A stretch of 64,000 nucleotides of DNA from Lingula anatina (lineage: Eukaryota; Animalia; Brachiopoda), in the NCBI GenBank assembly GCA_051362555.1, contig CM120649.1, positions 15,004,001 to 15,068,000 on the forward strand, read 5' to 3'. The notes below the pieces were generated by a model. That model was not told the origin of the DNA. It worked only from the letters and a program-made list of their open reading frames with translations, and searched no databases. The position numbers and the translations under genes were made by a program. Below, piece by piece: positions 26,510 to 38,935 of this stretch; within the stretch, counting starts at the first letter, position 1, and every line of letters begins with the position of its first letter.

Positions 26510-29500
26510 TTAATCTCGCCCCTGCAAGCAAGGACTATCGGGCGTGAAGAATTCATGGCAAGAGCTCGTGATCTCCACCTTTGTCTCTTTTGGCGGTTCC
26601 GCTGTCACTTTGACTTGACTACCAGAGACCTCATCGCGTCCGCTACCTGGAAATACAAAACAGATGTTATTAAAGCACATCATTTTTTCTGGCATTAAAA
26701 TATTCCAAACAATTATCAAATATAACAGTGCATTTTATTTTAAAAAATGAAAAATAATACACATTTTGTATAGCTGCAGCGGTTGCACCTGGTTTATTTG
26801 GAAAGAAACTATTAAATAATTAGAGGGTAAATTACATTACGCACTATTTGCTCTACTTAGTGAATAAAGGTTCTTATAACCAAATATCAATCATTCTTTT
26901 GAAAAAACGTATCAAAGACGTGGTGTCATTCCCACTCACCAAAATACAACCGGTTTCTCAGTTCTTTACGTTTTCTCTCCAGTTGGAATTCTGCCGCCAG
27001 GTGTCTCACCACGTCAAGAAACAGCAGGCTTAGCAAGTGATACGAACCTGACATAATCACACATATCATCAAATAAATAAATAATATTTACAGGTAAAGC
27101 ACAACACACGTTTTTGAGATCGAGGAAATGTGCTCTAGTTATGCAATGGTTTGACAAAGGTAATGTTCATATAAGTTTCGCCTAACACCAAAGAAAAAAT
27201 CTGTTCCACAAGATGTGGTCAAAATGAAAGTTATTTTATCGGGTGAAAATACTGCATTTGGATGCGAAATAAAATGAATTTTAGTCACAGCAATGTGGGA
27301 AAATTATGGGTTTAATGATGTTCACGTATTTAAAAATACCATACCATACGAAAAGGCTTGGGCCAAGTAGAGTTCTTTATTGATGACGCCAAGGACGAAG
27401 TTGCAATGCAGCAAGAAAGTAGACTCGGATTCAACTTGTTTAACAATGTCTGTCTCGCCCACCTTTGAAACAAAAAGGAGATACTATAAATTACAGTTTA
27501 CCTACTTCTATTGCTGTAGCCATACGTCTTGTAAAATTATGCTAGACGTGCTTTACCTAGATGGAAATGGAGAATATATTATTTTAGAGCAAACTGGAGT
27601 GAAAAGTTGGAAGAGAGAGAGAAAGATAAGAGAGAGAGACAGGGAGAGGGGACCCACTTTTACAATGACAGCGACGCAGAACACTTCATAAATCCAGTCC
27701 AGAAACTTCACCATGGACATTCCACCTGATATCAGTTTACCAAAGTCCACCATGTCTTAATATAACAACAAAAATAAATAAACCATATCTAATGAGGATT
27801 TACTGTCACAGAATTATACAAATTACTAGGAAATGTCTGTGAAGTATCACACACTATCATGGCTCACACCCTACAAACTACATATGCAGGCCCAACTCTT
27901 TAAATGTGGGAGCAATCAGCTCATAAGATATTAAACATATTTATAACATCTTTTGAAACTGTGCGTCCTTGTTTTAAACAATTCTCGTATAAGATGGCTC
28001 TCTTTTACTGTATCCACCACACAAACGACTACATCTACTTATCTACGCACATCTCTGGATCAGCCTCTCCTCTTCTGTCTGGCCACTCCTTCTCAAGTCT
28101 TCACCCATCAGTACCCAGCGACCATGCCTGGCTATGTGAGGCAGGTCCAACCGCAGCCAGTCGTCCCGTAGCTGGGAGACGTGTGCTGCATTCTGTAGGA
28201 TAAAACTTGCCGAGGACACAATGTGACAAACCTCCGTCTGGTGTTTGAGCCAGCGACAGAAGAAACCCGCACCTACAGGGAGAGCACATTAGTTTATGTA
28301 TACTTGGAAACAGAACAGGTATTTGATTGTCAAAGGCATAGTTCATAAAGGGGAAACATACAATGGAGTTCTCAGGGATGAGACTGCCATTTACATGTAG
28401 TGAAAAAGTCGAAAAATACAGTATAGTTCAGGGGCTGTCTAGGCCAATGATATTCTTAGCTCACAAAAAGTCGGGAATCCGGAAGGCGGAAAAATCTCAT
28501 TCCTGATACTGTTCTTTCTGGAAATAATAACTGACATTGGAACGTGTAAAGAACTAATAAAAGGAACCACCTGAAATGCTAGTGTATGTTTCAGGAATTT
28601 TTAATCCTAAAATACTGAGACATTAATCAAGGTGTTTATTATAGGTACAGTGGACGTTAACTAACTGTTTTCATACATGCCGAGATATTTATGCAAACCT
28701 TCTAAAATCTTATTCCTCAGCAGCAGGGGTTGCCTTCTCAGGGCGTCCTCGAACCACCGCTGCAGATCCACAGCAAATCTTCTCAGTTCTGACTTTAAAC
28801 TAAATAAAGAAAATTTAGGCCTGAAATTCTATTCATAATCATGTCTAACTGTCACACACAAATTTTCACTTCTTTACTTATTCTAAAAATATTTCAGAAT
28901 TGATCATTTTTTGCAACAGGGTTTCTACCAAGATATACTTTCATTGGAAACCAGCTATAATCTTTCAAAGATTTTGAATTATCTTTATTTTTCTTTAAAA
29001 TCTATCTTATTTTTATAGAAATATATTTCATTGAATTTGTTTGGAGGAAGTGAGTAATAGCAGGTACAGAAGTGAAACCACTGTATATCATTTACACATG
29101 CACAATGACACACAAAAAAAAGACAAAAGTGCACAAAGACAATGCGTTAGTTGTGACATTTGGTTGTGATTGTGTCTGGTTGTGACAGTGTATGTTGATG
29201 ATGTAGACACCTAGCGCTCATCTCCTGGCAAAGAGTGGGGAAAAGGGTAGAAGCTAGCATCCTGTATAAGGTTAAATCGTAGAGCAATATCAAATCCACA
29301 GTGAAAGGGCTCAGTAACAGTGGCTGAAGACGAAGAGGCAAAGAACGCCAAAAAGATTTGAGCAGATTTTCAACCTACAAAGAGAAAGAGCAGAAGAATA
29401 AGACTTAAAACATTTGAATCAAAATCAAGTAAAATGGATTTAAAAACAGGACATATAAATGACACCAAGTGTTTAAAAAATACACTTTGTGAACACGAGT

Positions 29501-29649
29501 TTAAGAGATGTACGAAGGAGTGTCTTTTGTGCATTGATTTTCTAAGTTTTTAATCTTACAAAAAAAAAAAAAAAAAAAAAGATAAAATCAAATCATTTTT
29601 TGGATAACAAGTACGTTAAAAAATTGTACCTTGCATTAAACAGAAAATG

Positions 29650-29685
<36 letters not shown>

Positions 29686-32629
29686 GAGACCGACCAGAGA
29701 TTATCTGTAAATAACCCAGTACCTCAGCAAAGTTTGCTCTAACCACAGAATCCAGCACTCTCTGGCAGTGGTGTCTGTACAGTAGCAGAAACACTGTAGT
29801 CTGACATCACAAGAAAAAAGAATAAATTTAAATAATAATAATAACTGTCCGATACCATGATTTTTTAGTTGCATTGCTGTAAGATCAAATTATTTACTGC
29901 TTTAAAGAAAAGCCCATACATTCTCAATATAAAATACATGTAGACATATTTTGGATAAATTGCAGTCAAACTTACACAAAGACATGTCTTGGACAACTAA
30001 TACAGTGAGACAATGGAAACTCATCAAATATAATGAAACTTACTTTTTCTTTCAAATGCAGAGGTACTCTGAGACGTTCCGTGCCAGGAAACTCTGGAAG
30101 ACCGCTATCTCTCTGACAAGGAGAATTCCTCTCAGGCTTCAACCCACCCTTTGCAGCCAAGCCTCCACCCTCAGTGCTCCTCATGCCAACAGGGTGATCA
30201 GCTGAGAGAGACAGGCTGTCGCTCTCAGAACCTTCTAGACCAGGGAGGTCCAGGCTTTCAAACAACTCACAGCCTGGAATGTCCCAACTGGAAAATGAAG
30301 AGATCAAAGATCCTGGTGTGCCTGTCTGGAAATATATCAAGTGGAAAGATTGATGTAAAAATGTAATTTCAATAGAGCTAGAATTTCTTTCTTCATTTTC
30401 AGGTTATACATTTGAAAATAGATTTTGAACCCCTCCAGGGCTTCAAAGATAAAAAGAAACTAATCTAAACTGTTGGCCTGCCTGTGACATTTACAGTTAC
30501 CTCTGACAACCAGGGAAGTGGGTAAAAACAAAAACAACAAAGAAATTAATAAATTCAAACATATAGTAGAAATAAATTAAATGAACCTTAAAAGAATTTA
30601 TATTCACAATTTTCCAATCAACTAGAAGACTAAAAATGAAATGCTAATTCAAGGAAAGACACTAGTTGTCACATATCTCAGCTAACAAGGCCTTACAAAT
30701 CTCCTGACATTGTTTCTATCAAGATAAAAGCAACACTGTACTTCTTTTCATATTATGGAAACTTACAGTGGACATTTTTGAGTTTTGGGAACCTTCTTCT
30801 GTAAGACAACTATAAGAAAGAAGTATTTTACTAAAGGAAAACAATGATAAAATTATAATAATAAACACATGTATGTTGTACCAAAAGATTTTTTTCTTCT
30901 TTTTAAGGTATATATATATATACTAAAAGTTAAATCAATAGTAATAAATACCAGGTCATAAAATTTTTACATATATTCATATTTTCATCCAAATCCAAGT
31001 ATTTTCAAAGGGAAAGTAATAAAAAAATCTTTAGCATACTCACCCTTCTGACATATGCGACAGCAGAGGAGTTTGGGATACAGATTTCTTCTTTATCTTG
31101 ATTCCATAATAATGATATCTGTTTAACAAATAAAATATGTAGTCAAATAATCAAGAAGATGCTGTGGATGTGAGTCAATAACCAAGTGTACCTATAAAAA
31201 ACTGATACCAAGGTCCACTAATATCATGTTTCTCAAATAATTTTATAAAAAAATTAATGCAAAAGTTCAATAATCTCACTTGTTATTTGTAATGATTTTT
31301 TTCTTTTCAATTACAAACACAGCTTAGAGACTAAAAATAAAACTGCAACAAATTAAGTCAATGCACAACCAATTTCTTATCTAGAAGATTTACTCAAAGA
31401 GCAATGAAATCACAAGGAACTTGTATACCTATAGTAAGCATCTTGACACATGTATGAATAACCAGCCTTAGAAGTGTGACAAATAAAATCAATCTCACGA
31501 ATAAAGAAAAAAATGGAGCTTAGCTCTTATTGTCTTACTTTGACTGCCCTCTTGTGCCAAGTCTCCTAGTTCTCACCCCGGGAAACACCATACGTAACAT
31601 CTTCCCCAGACTAGCAGCATTAATGGGATCTACACAGCAGGTGGCACAAAAATCAAGATACTCCGCGTAAACTTCACATCGCTGCACACTGACATTTAGA
31701 CCTTCTTCAAAGTTTTGTTCTAACCTATAATTTTACAGAATGTATCAATTTGAATTTGCCAGCTTTAAATGAAAAGAGGAAGGAAAAGGAAAAATTAAGA
31801 TGCCTAAATGATTCAGTTTCATCTTCGTTTATCAAAGCATTACAATTAATTTTGAACACTGAATGCAAAGTATTGAATAAAATGAGTATTACAGCAATAA
31901 TTAAGACATTCTTCTGAATGATATTTTTAAAGAAAAAATTGTATTCTACCCTGTAAAGTCTGTTGATCACATAAGAATTTTATACTCAAAATAAATAGTT
32001 TTAAATTATATTATTACAATAATCATTATACCCAATATGTACCATTTTACAATGTCTGGGGCCTGTGCAGCAGCAGACTGGTACAAAGACATGGAGTAAG
32101 TTCTTTGAAATCTCTGCACTGATGATGACGTGGCTTCAAAATCATGTGTCATGTCAGTCATAACTTTTCTTGCATGCTGGAGGTGAACATTTTCTAAGTC
32201 TGTAGAAGAATTTAGCATGGTGTATTTTATTTTCGTGTGCTGAATAAGATGCACTGCTAATAATATAGAAACATTTATTTACTAATACTAGTCCTAGATC
32301 TTAGTTAGGAAGGGGAATTCCCCATTCTTGCCTGTACATCGAGTTTCCCCGTCTCTGGAAATCTTTATTTCTTGCGTCATGAGTTTGGTTCTGATGGTTC
32401 TATCCCGCCGTTTTTTCTTCTCTTCGCTTATTTAATTATAACCCAATCCCGTTCTTTTATTTATGTACTGTATTTATTAAAATCAATTTTACTTACCACA
32501 GTCCGCTGTGCAGGACAGGGTATTCAAGTTTACATCATTAGACTTGTATTTTAGCAGTCTCCGACAACTTTCTTTGGTTATAGGAAGCCTTTGCGGTCTC
32601 TTAACCTTATATATTAGCGTCTCTGTCAT
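26510..32629 (-). CDS. RFX winged-helix transcription factor (RFX4/6/8 clade, divergent, RFX8-like), ~646 aa, 14 coding exons
   Basis: Exons 32629-32497, 32253-32043, 31724-31539, 31118-31044, 30798-30767, 30321-30044, 29800-29723, 29374-29211, 28799-28699, 28272-28051, 27755-27658, 27462-27345, 27047-26940 and 26646-26510, all in phase. RFX DNA-binding domain WLEQNFEE...[34 protein letters not shown]. B-box FLLLYRHHCQRVLDSVVRANF, VENLLKSFW, and a dimerisation-like C-terminus. The true N-terminus is less certain. Confidence 0.88.
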
Positions 32630-32902
32630 TTTACCTAAAATCCACCAGTACAAAGGAGGAGCAGGAAACAGACAAATTAAAAAAAATCACTTTGCACTTT
32701 TTAAATCGAAAGTAGCCAAAATCGCGACTGCGTCTTCGATATGGGACTCCTCTTGCAAAAGATTTTCAAGAAGACATTGGCCACGGTTTTGCGCATTCCA
32801 AGAGAAAAGTAGTATATTAGAAGCATAAGTCAACTGGCATCTTTGTTTTTCTCTTTTAAAAAGCTAGGCCCTATTGGAGGCTTGATTAACTAAAAAATGT
32901 AC

Positions 32903-33049
32903 CTCCTTCATCCCATAATAATGATATCTGTTTAACTAATAAAATATGTCGTCAAATAATCAAGGTGCTGTGGATGTGAGTCAATAACCAAGTATACCTA
33001 TAAAAAACTGATACCAAGGTCCGTTAATATCATGTTTCTCAAATAATTT
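32903..33049 (-). repeat. Local duplicate of RFX exon-4 acceptor region (copy of 31104-31242)
   Basis: CCATAATAATGATATCTGTTTAAC...GCTGTGGATGTGAGTCAATAACCAAGT...ATCATGTTTCTCAAATAATTT is present at both sites. Confidence 0.85.
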
Positions 33050-34336
33050 CATTTAAAAAAATTCTTTTCTGTATACCGCACTGTTCACTAATTTGACAAT
33101 GCCGTAAGTTTAACTTCTTGTTTTATGTTTGATTTTTTCCACTCTCTATTAAATCCAAACTTTTCTATTTTAGCTAGGGCTAACAATTTTTTTTTTTCAA
33201 AAAGTTAAAAATGATGTCATTTCCTGGTCTATTCAGTATCCTTCAGCAAATATATTGGAAAAGTTTCTTTAAAGCTTCTGTTAAGATCTTTATTTATGGA
33301 GGAAACAGAAAAGGAGAAAATGCACTGCCTAGATGTGTTTTAGAGCTGTAATGATATCCTTTTCTGCATTTTTCACATCGTAGTTCCCACCAACCCAGAC
33401 AGCATACACTCTTGATCAAATGTATGTCCTCAATACAACTAAAAACAAGACAATTCTGTAAAAAATTTTATTGTAAGGAGTTTAACATATCTTTATATAA
33501 AACCAAATAATTATTTTATTCTTTAGTCATGACCAGTAATTTACCAGACTGACAGAAATTCACCATCATTTTTTAAATTTTTACATACCGAAGCAATTAT
33601 GTTGCAAACTGTATGGTACTACTATGCCTCGAGTACTTGCATTTCTAAATATTTTGAAGCTCTATATACACTGTACAAACTTCCAGAAAGTTCGCTCTAA
33701 GTTCCACCAATTTAAAAATGGTCATGACAATATCAAAGTATTTAGAAATTGTACTTGTGTTTACCATGGATATCTTTACTCACATCCACAGTGTTACAAT
33801 TTATTTTGATTGTATACAAAGGAGGAGGGATAAACAATGAAGGGGGGCAGGGGTGGCTCACTTTTCCATGTCAATATGGCAGATGTCGCATCCTTATTCT
33901 ACAGAAAAGAAATAAAATGCACCTGGTTAAAGATGACAGAAGCTTCGGAATTCCTGATGAGAAAGAAAGAGTATCAATTCTTTTCCACCCCCCTCCCATC
34001 CTCCTTGAAATCAGAGCTCTGCCTGCAGCATTTAATAGTATTTGCTTAATAAAAAGCAATGCTTGGATGTTTTGTATCACAAGCTTATTGCCAAGCTTAT
34101 TGTATAACTTTTTCCAACATAACATATTTATCACTTTCATCAGACAGCAATCAAACAGTTTTTAAATTATGAAACTGCTAGGGCAATCTGAATTTTTTTT
34201 CCACGAGGAGGTTAGTCACAAGTGCAGTCCAAGTTAATGGTAATTCAATCTCCATTGTGGTCTGTACTTGTTGTATCTTCCATATATTATGTTTCACTGT
34301 CTCTCACAAAGGCGTCCATTGTATGTGATCACCTCC

Positions 34337-37300
34337 TCATAATGACATATTTCTACCCTCTATGCTAATCCCCACAGCTCTCTGACTTTTGTTTTGTTTC
34401 TTTCTTTCCTGGAAATTCCTCATGTGTTTTTCCAGTCTTGACATGTCCTTCTTCCCAGAGCTCTGCAGAGTAAAAGTGATTTCATTATTGTCAATAACAT
34501 GTCTCATTTACAAAGTGAATATTTTCATTTATCCAAATATTAAATTTATTTTTCAAATTCAGATACTGCAATCAAATCACTTTCACAACAAATAAATATT
34601 CTGATCCAAAGTGCTACTACATATTCTAGAGTTATATTATTCAATCACAATATTGTATTTTAAATTAAAAAAATTAACGTCATGTATGTTAACATTAAGA
34701 AAGTGCCCATTTACTTGTTTCCTGTTTGTGTTATTATTCTGTAAGTTTGTTTTCAACATTTCTCTGAATTTTTTATCAGAAAAAAAAATTATGTCAGCTC
34801 TCTCTCTCTCACCTTGCGAGGGGCATCGCTGTCCAAGTTGGAATGCGGCCTCACAACATAATCTTTATTAGACGGCATGGGGACTCTGGCCCTTTGCACC
34901 CATCCTTTATCTCCAGGTCTAAGAGCTCTGAAATATCAACAGCAAACATGAATACAAACAGAGAACCATTTATGAATCATTTACAAAGAGAATGCCCTCA
35001 GTTTTCTTGAGAATATTTTCACCAAAAAGAGAGGGAATCCTCATCATAAATTTCTCCCTCTTTCCACATTTCATTTAAAAAAAAAAATAGCAACTTTCTT
35101 AATTTTTTTTTGTCCAATGAAATCTTGAAACAAACAGCTAATAGTGCATACACAAAACACAGTGTTTATAGGAACTTATGAATCATTCATCATCAGGTTT
35201 AAATGTGGCTGTATCAGAAGAGATTCGTACTTACTTCTGGTCCCCTGCCAGAGCCTTGTCAATATCCCGCCTCGGGGTCTTACCACCCTCAGAGCTGAAA
35301 TGGAGAATGTCTAAAATTAAAACTCAGTTGTAAGTTTGCAGTGAGATTTGTCCTCTGGACAAGTATTCAAAATAATTGCTTTAATGATAAAAAAGATTCA
35401 ATATTGAAGACCTCCTCAAGTAAAGGCGGCATAGTAAAGAGCATTCTTCACTGTGAGTCTACTTTTCTTATTTTTATCATTTCAGCTAACTTAGAGTTTT
35501 TTGAAGAATAAATGCACAAATGTTTGTGGATGGTGAAGAAATTTGAAAGATTAAATTGCTCCATCTTTTATTTCTGAGCCAAACTCAGAACATTCATTGA
35601 GATGTCGTGGAATTAAGTAAAACTGATTAAACATTAAATTCCGAACACTGAAAAAAATCTTTATTTCAAAATTATATCTGTGTAATAAATAACTAAGCTT
35701 ATTAATAAACTGGAACTTAAACAAAAACTTAAATGAGTATCTTTTATAAATCATGTTAGTATAAAAGACTTGATTCAACTTCAAGAAGTCTCCCAGCAAC
35801 ACTTAATTGCGAATAACATTCCACCCCGAGTTTCAAAGATAACAAAAAACTAATTTCTGTTACAGACATGCCTCTGCCATGTCCAGTGACTTTGACTAGA
35901 TATACAACAGGCATAGTGATAACAGTCACTGTCCCGTGTGGTTAGTTTTAAATAATCTATGAAACTTAGGGTACATCTCTCTGACAATATAGAGAAGTGA
36001 GTTCACCGTATTATGTGCCCATTCCTAAACTTAGTGCTGAAATATCATGCATTGATAAAATTACTTTGTAACAAGCTACGAGCCATTCTTTTATCAATCA
36101 AGTAATGTGTTCTGTGGTGTATTTATGCAGTATTTTTAAAATATCCATTTTATTGTTGCAATGATATAATATACATAATGGCTTTTCTGATAGAAAAGAT
36201 ATTATTTATTACTATCAATATGAAAATTCCCACCTTATTCTTCTCTTTTTGGGCAATTGTTCATAATCTCTCTGCTCACGTTCCTCTTTGGAAAGATTCT
36301 TGTAGTTGGAGGTCAGGTTGAAAATGGGCCTTGACCACTCATCTGAAAAGGACAACAACTGGTAACTGTTGATTTATAAACGGAGAGAAGTGAGAGCTAC
36401 AGAAATTGATCATTCAAAACTTGCATGCACGCTGTTTTAACTGGATGTCACTCTCGTAATGGAGATGGAGAGTGGTGAACTATGTATTGTTGTATTAAAA
36501 TTTTTTTTTTTTTTGATTTATACATAAATGGGTGAAAGCTGTAAAAACTGAACATCCTGAAAACAAGCTTGCAGTTTCTCATTGCATGTAGACCATACGA
36601 GGAAAAACATCATATTGAAGACTGAAACTCCTTAAGTCAAGCACAATCCTGAAAACTTTCTACCATGTATATAGTAGTTCTCAACATTTTGGAAATGGTT
36701 TAACTTGCTGATTAATGCTGAAAATTTGTTGAAATTTAATGAGCCCTAAACTTACTGATAAGTTTCCCAGCTCTCTCATGATTTTCCCTTATTTCCCTGG
36801 GGTGCTTGTATAAATACATAACAGCCTTGCCCAGACCACTGCTCTTCAGGGCCTCTGAACTGATGGGGGGAAACTAGTGGGGAGGAAAGAGGAAAGATGA
36901 TAATTCATGAGGCAGATCTGAAAATAATCTAAAATGACATTGTAGTTGACCACCTTGACAAAAGAGATAGGTAGATAAATTGATTAATTCCATGATTGTA
37001 AAATTCTTTTTTTGGGCAACTGTTTATAATCTCTGCATTTCTTTACCTCTTTGAAAAGCGTATTTTAGCAAGAGTTAGATGTCTACGTATAAATACTAAA
37101 GACATTAATTTCTATCCAAATCAAAGCATACCCCTTGCAGTATTCTTAACAATCCTTCCCTGATCTGTAAATGTGGGAGACTTTTGTCTGGCAAGGGGGC
37201 AAGCCACTCCTGAAATATAGAGTACCCAAATAAAGAAATGAACGAATAACACAGTGCAGAAATAAGTAAGGCAGTTAATAAAAATGTAAGAAACAGCTTA

Positions 37301-38895
37301 GCGGGGGTTTTCTCTCTCATGTTAATGTATGCCACTCTAGCAGTTTCTCATAAACTGCTCCACACAGTGGCACAATTATACAACCTTAGCTTTTACTATC
37401 GCAATTAAACAGTCTTGTTATCCTTCAGATGGACCATGATCGATCTAGCAGGAACTGACCTATCTCTGAGGGGATTCTCATTAAATTGTATACGGCTTTC
37501 ACAGCTTAGATGCCTGGCACACCTACTTAAGAAGCTAAACAACAGTTAATTACCCCCTAACAGCTTCAGTAGGCGTACCAGACATAAGAGCCGCTTAAAC
37601 TGAATGCAGTTTTACCAAGAAACCCCCTCAGAGATGGATTGATCCCACTAGATCGATCTAGGTATGGGAACAGGGTCTTAGTGGTCTTAAATGAGTTCTA
37701 TTTACCGTCAGTGCTGGCAGAATTCCACAGTCCAGGAAGGCTCCTTGTAAGTCTGACCTAAATAGTAGTAGACACACAAACACGATCAAATAACATAACA
37801 GAGCATGGATAAAAGTGCCCTTAAAACACATTTTTTCAAATTCTAATTAAATCAGTGTGTATATCTCTAATGTCATTTAACAAATTCATCTTAAATGTGT
37901 TTTTAGATAAAACAATTCTTGCAAAAGTTTTATAAATAAATAATGAAGCTTTAAATAAAAGGCTGAATGTTCGGTTTTAATGTAACTTGATATGAGATTA
38001 ACAATTCATCAGTACTGATAAGAAAAATTCAAGCAAGGTTGTTATATAGCCAGCACTGTGAAATATTTTAGATGTACAACTTTAATTATAATGGGACTTA
38101 CTTCCTCAACTGTTGTAACACTTCTGGCAGCATTCTTAACTTTTTAATGGCTGGCTTGGACTGGTTGTTTAATGCTCTGTCTTCCTACAATAAGAAAAGC
38201 ATCAATTGTTAACTGACATAAATGAATACTTCTATAAAATCTCAGTTTAGTCATTTTAGCCTGAAAAGTCTGTTTCTTTCTTGCTTTTTCTATGTATACT
38301 TTAAACAAAGCAACACGGCACAAAAAATAATACATAAAATAATAATCATAATTATGATAAATAATAATTATCCTTAATTTTGCTGCTACCAACCCAGATG
38401 TGTTATCTGTTACATACTAAGCAAGGAGAAGTCTTTAAATCTAATAACTTCAATTATATCAGTTTCATTTATATCAAACATATTTAATTTTCCCATCAAT
38501 TTATTGTTTTTTTATTCCAAAAATGATCTTACCTCAGCAGCAGTTTTCATCTGGTTAATCAGTGCAGCTATCAAGTCATCATTGTCATTGATGATATCAA
38601 AGTCTTTCCTCTTTCTTCTCCTCTTCCTCATTTCTTCTTTCTTTCTCTCCAACATTAAGTCAAAGTCTGACACAAAGTTACTGTAAAAAGAAGAAATTTC
38701 ACATGAATTTTAATGTCACTGAATACATCACTGAAAACAAAAAACTATTCTAATTTAACCTCTTAGTAACATTTATTATGTCAGACTATACCATCAGCCC
38801 AAAAATACTTAATTATAGTGGATCAAAACATATTAAAACTGATTCTAAGACATAAAAAATTGGTCTTACATTCAAGATTTAACATCTCTCTCAAG

Positions 38896-38935
<40 letters not shown>

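Noticed and set aside
35295-36233. Intronic snoRNA candidates in IWS1 introns
   Set aside because: No convincing C/D box pair with a terminal stem or H/ACA structure. Part of the region resembles a dispersed repeat also seen at ~30440-30525.
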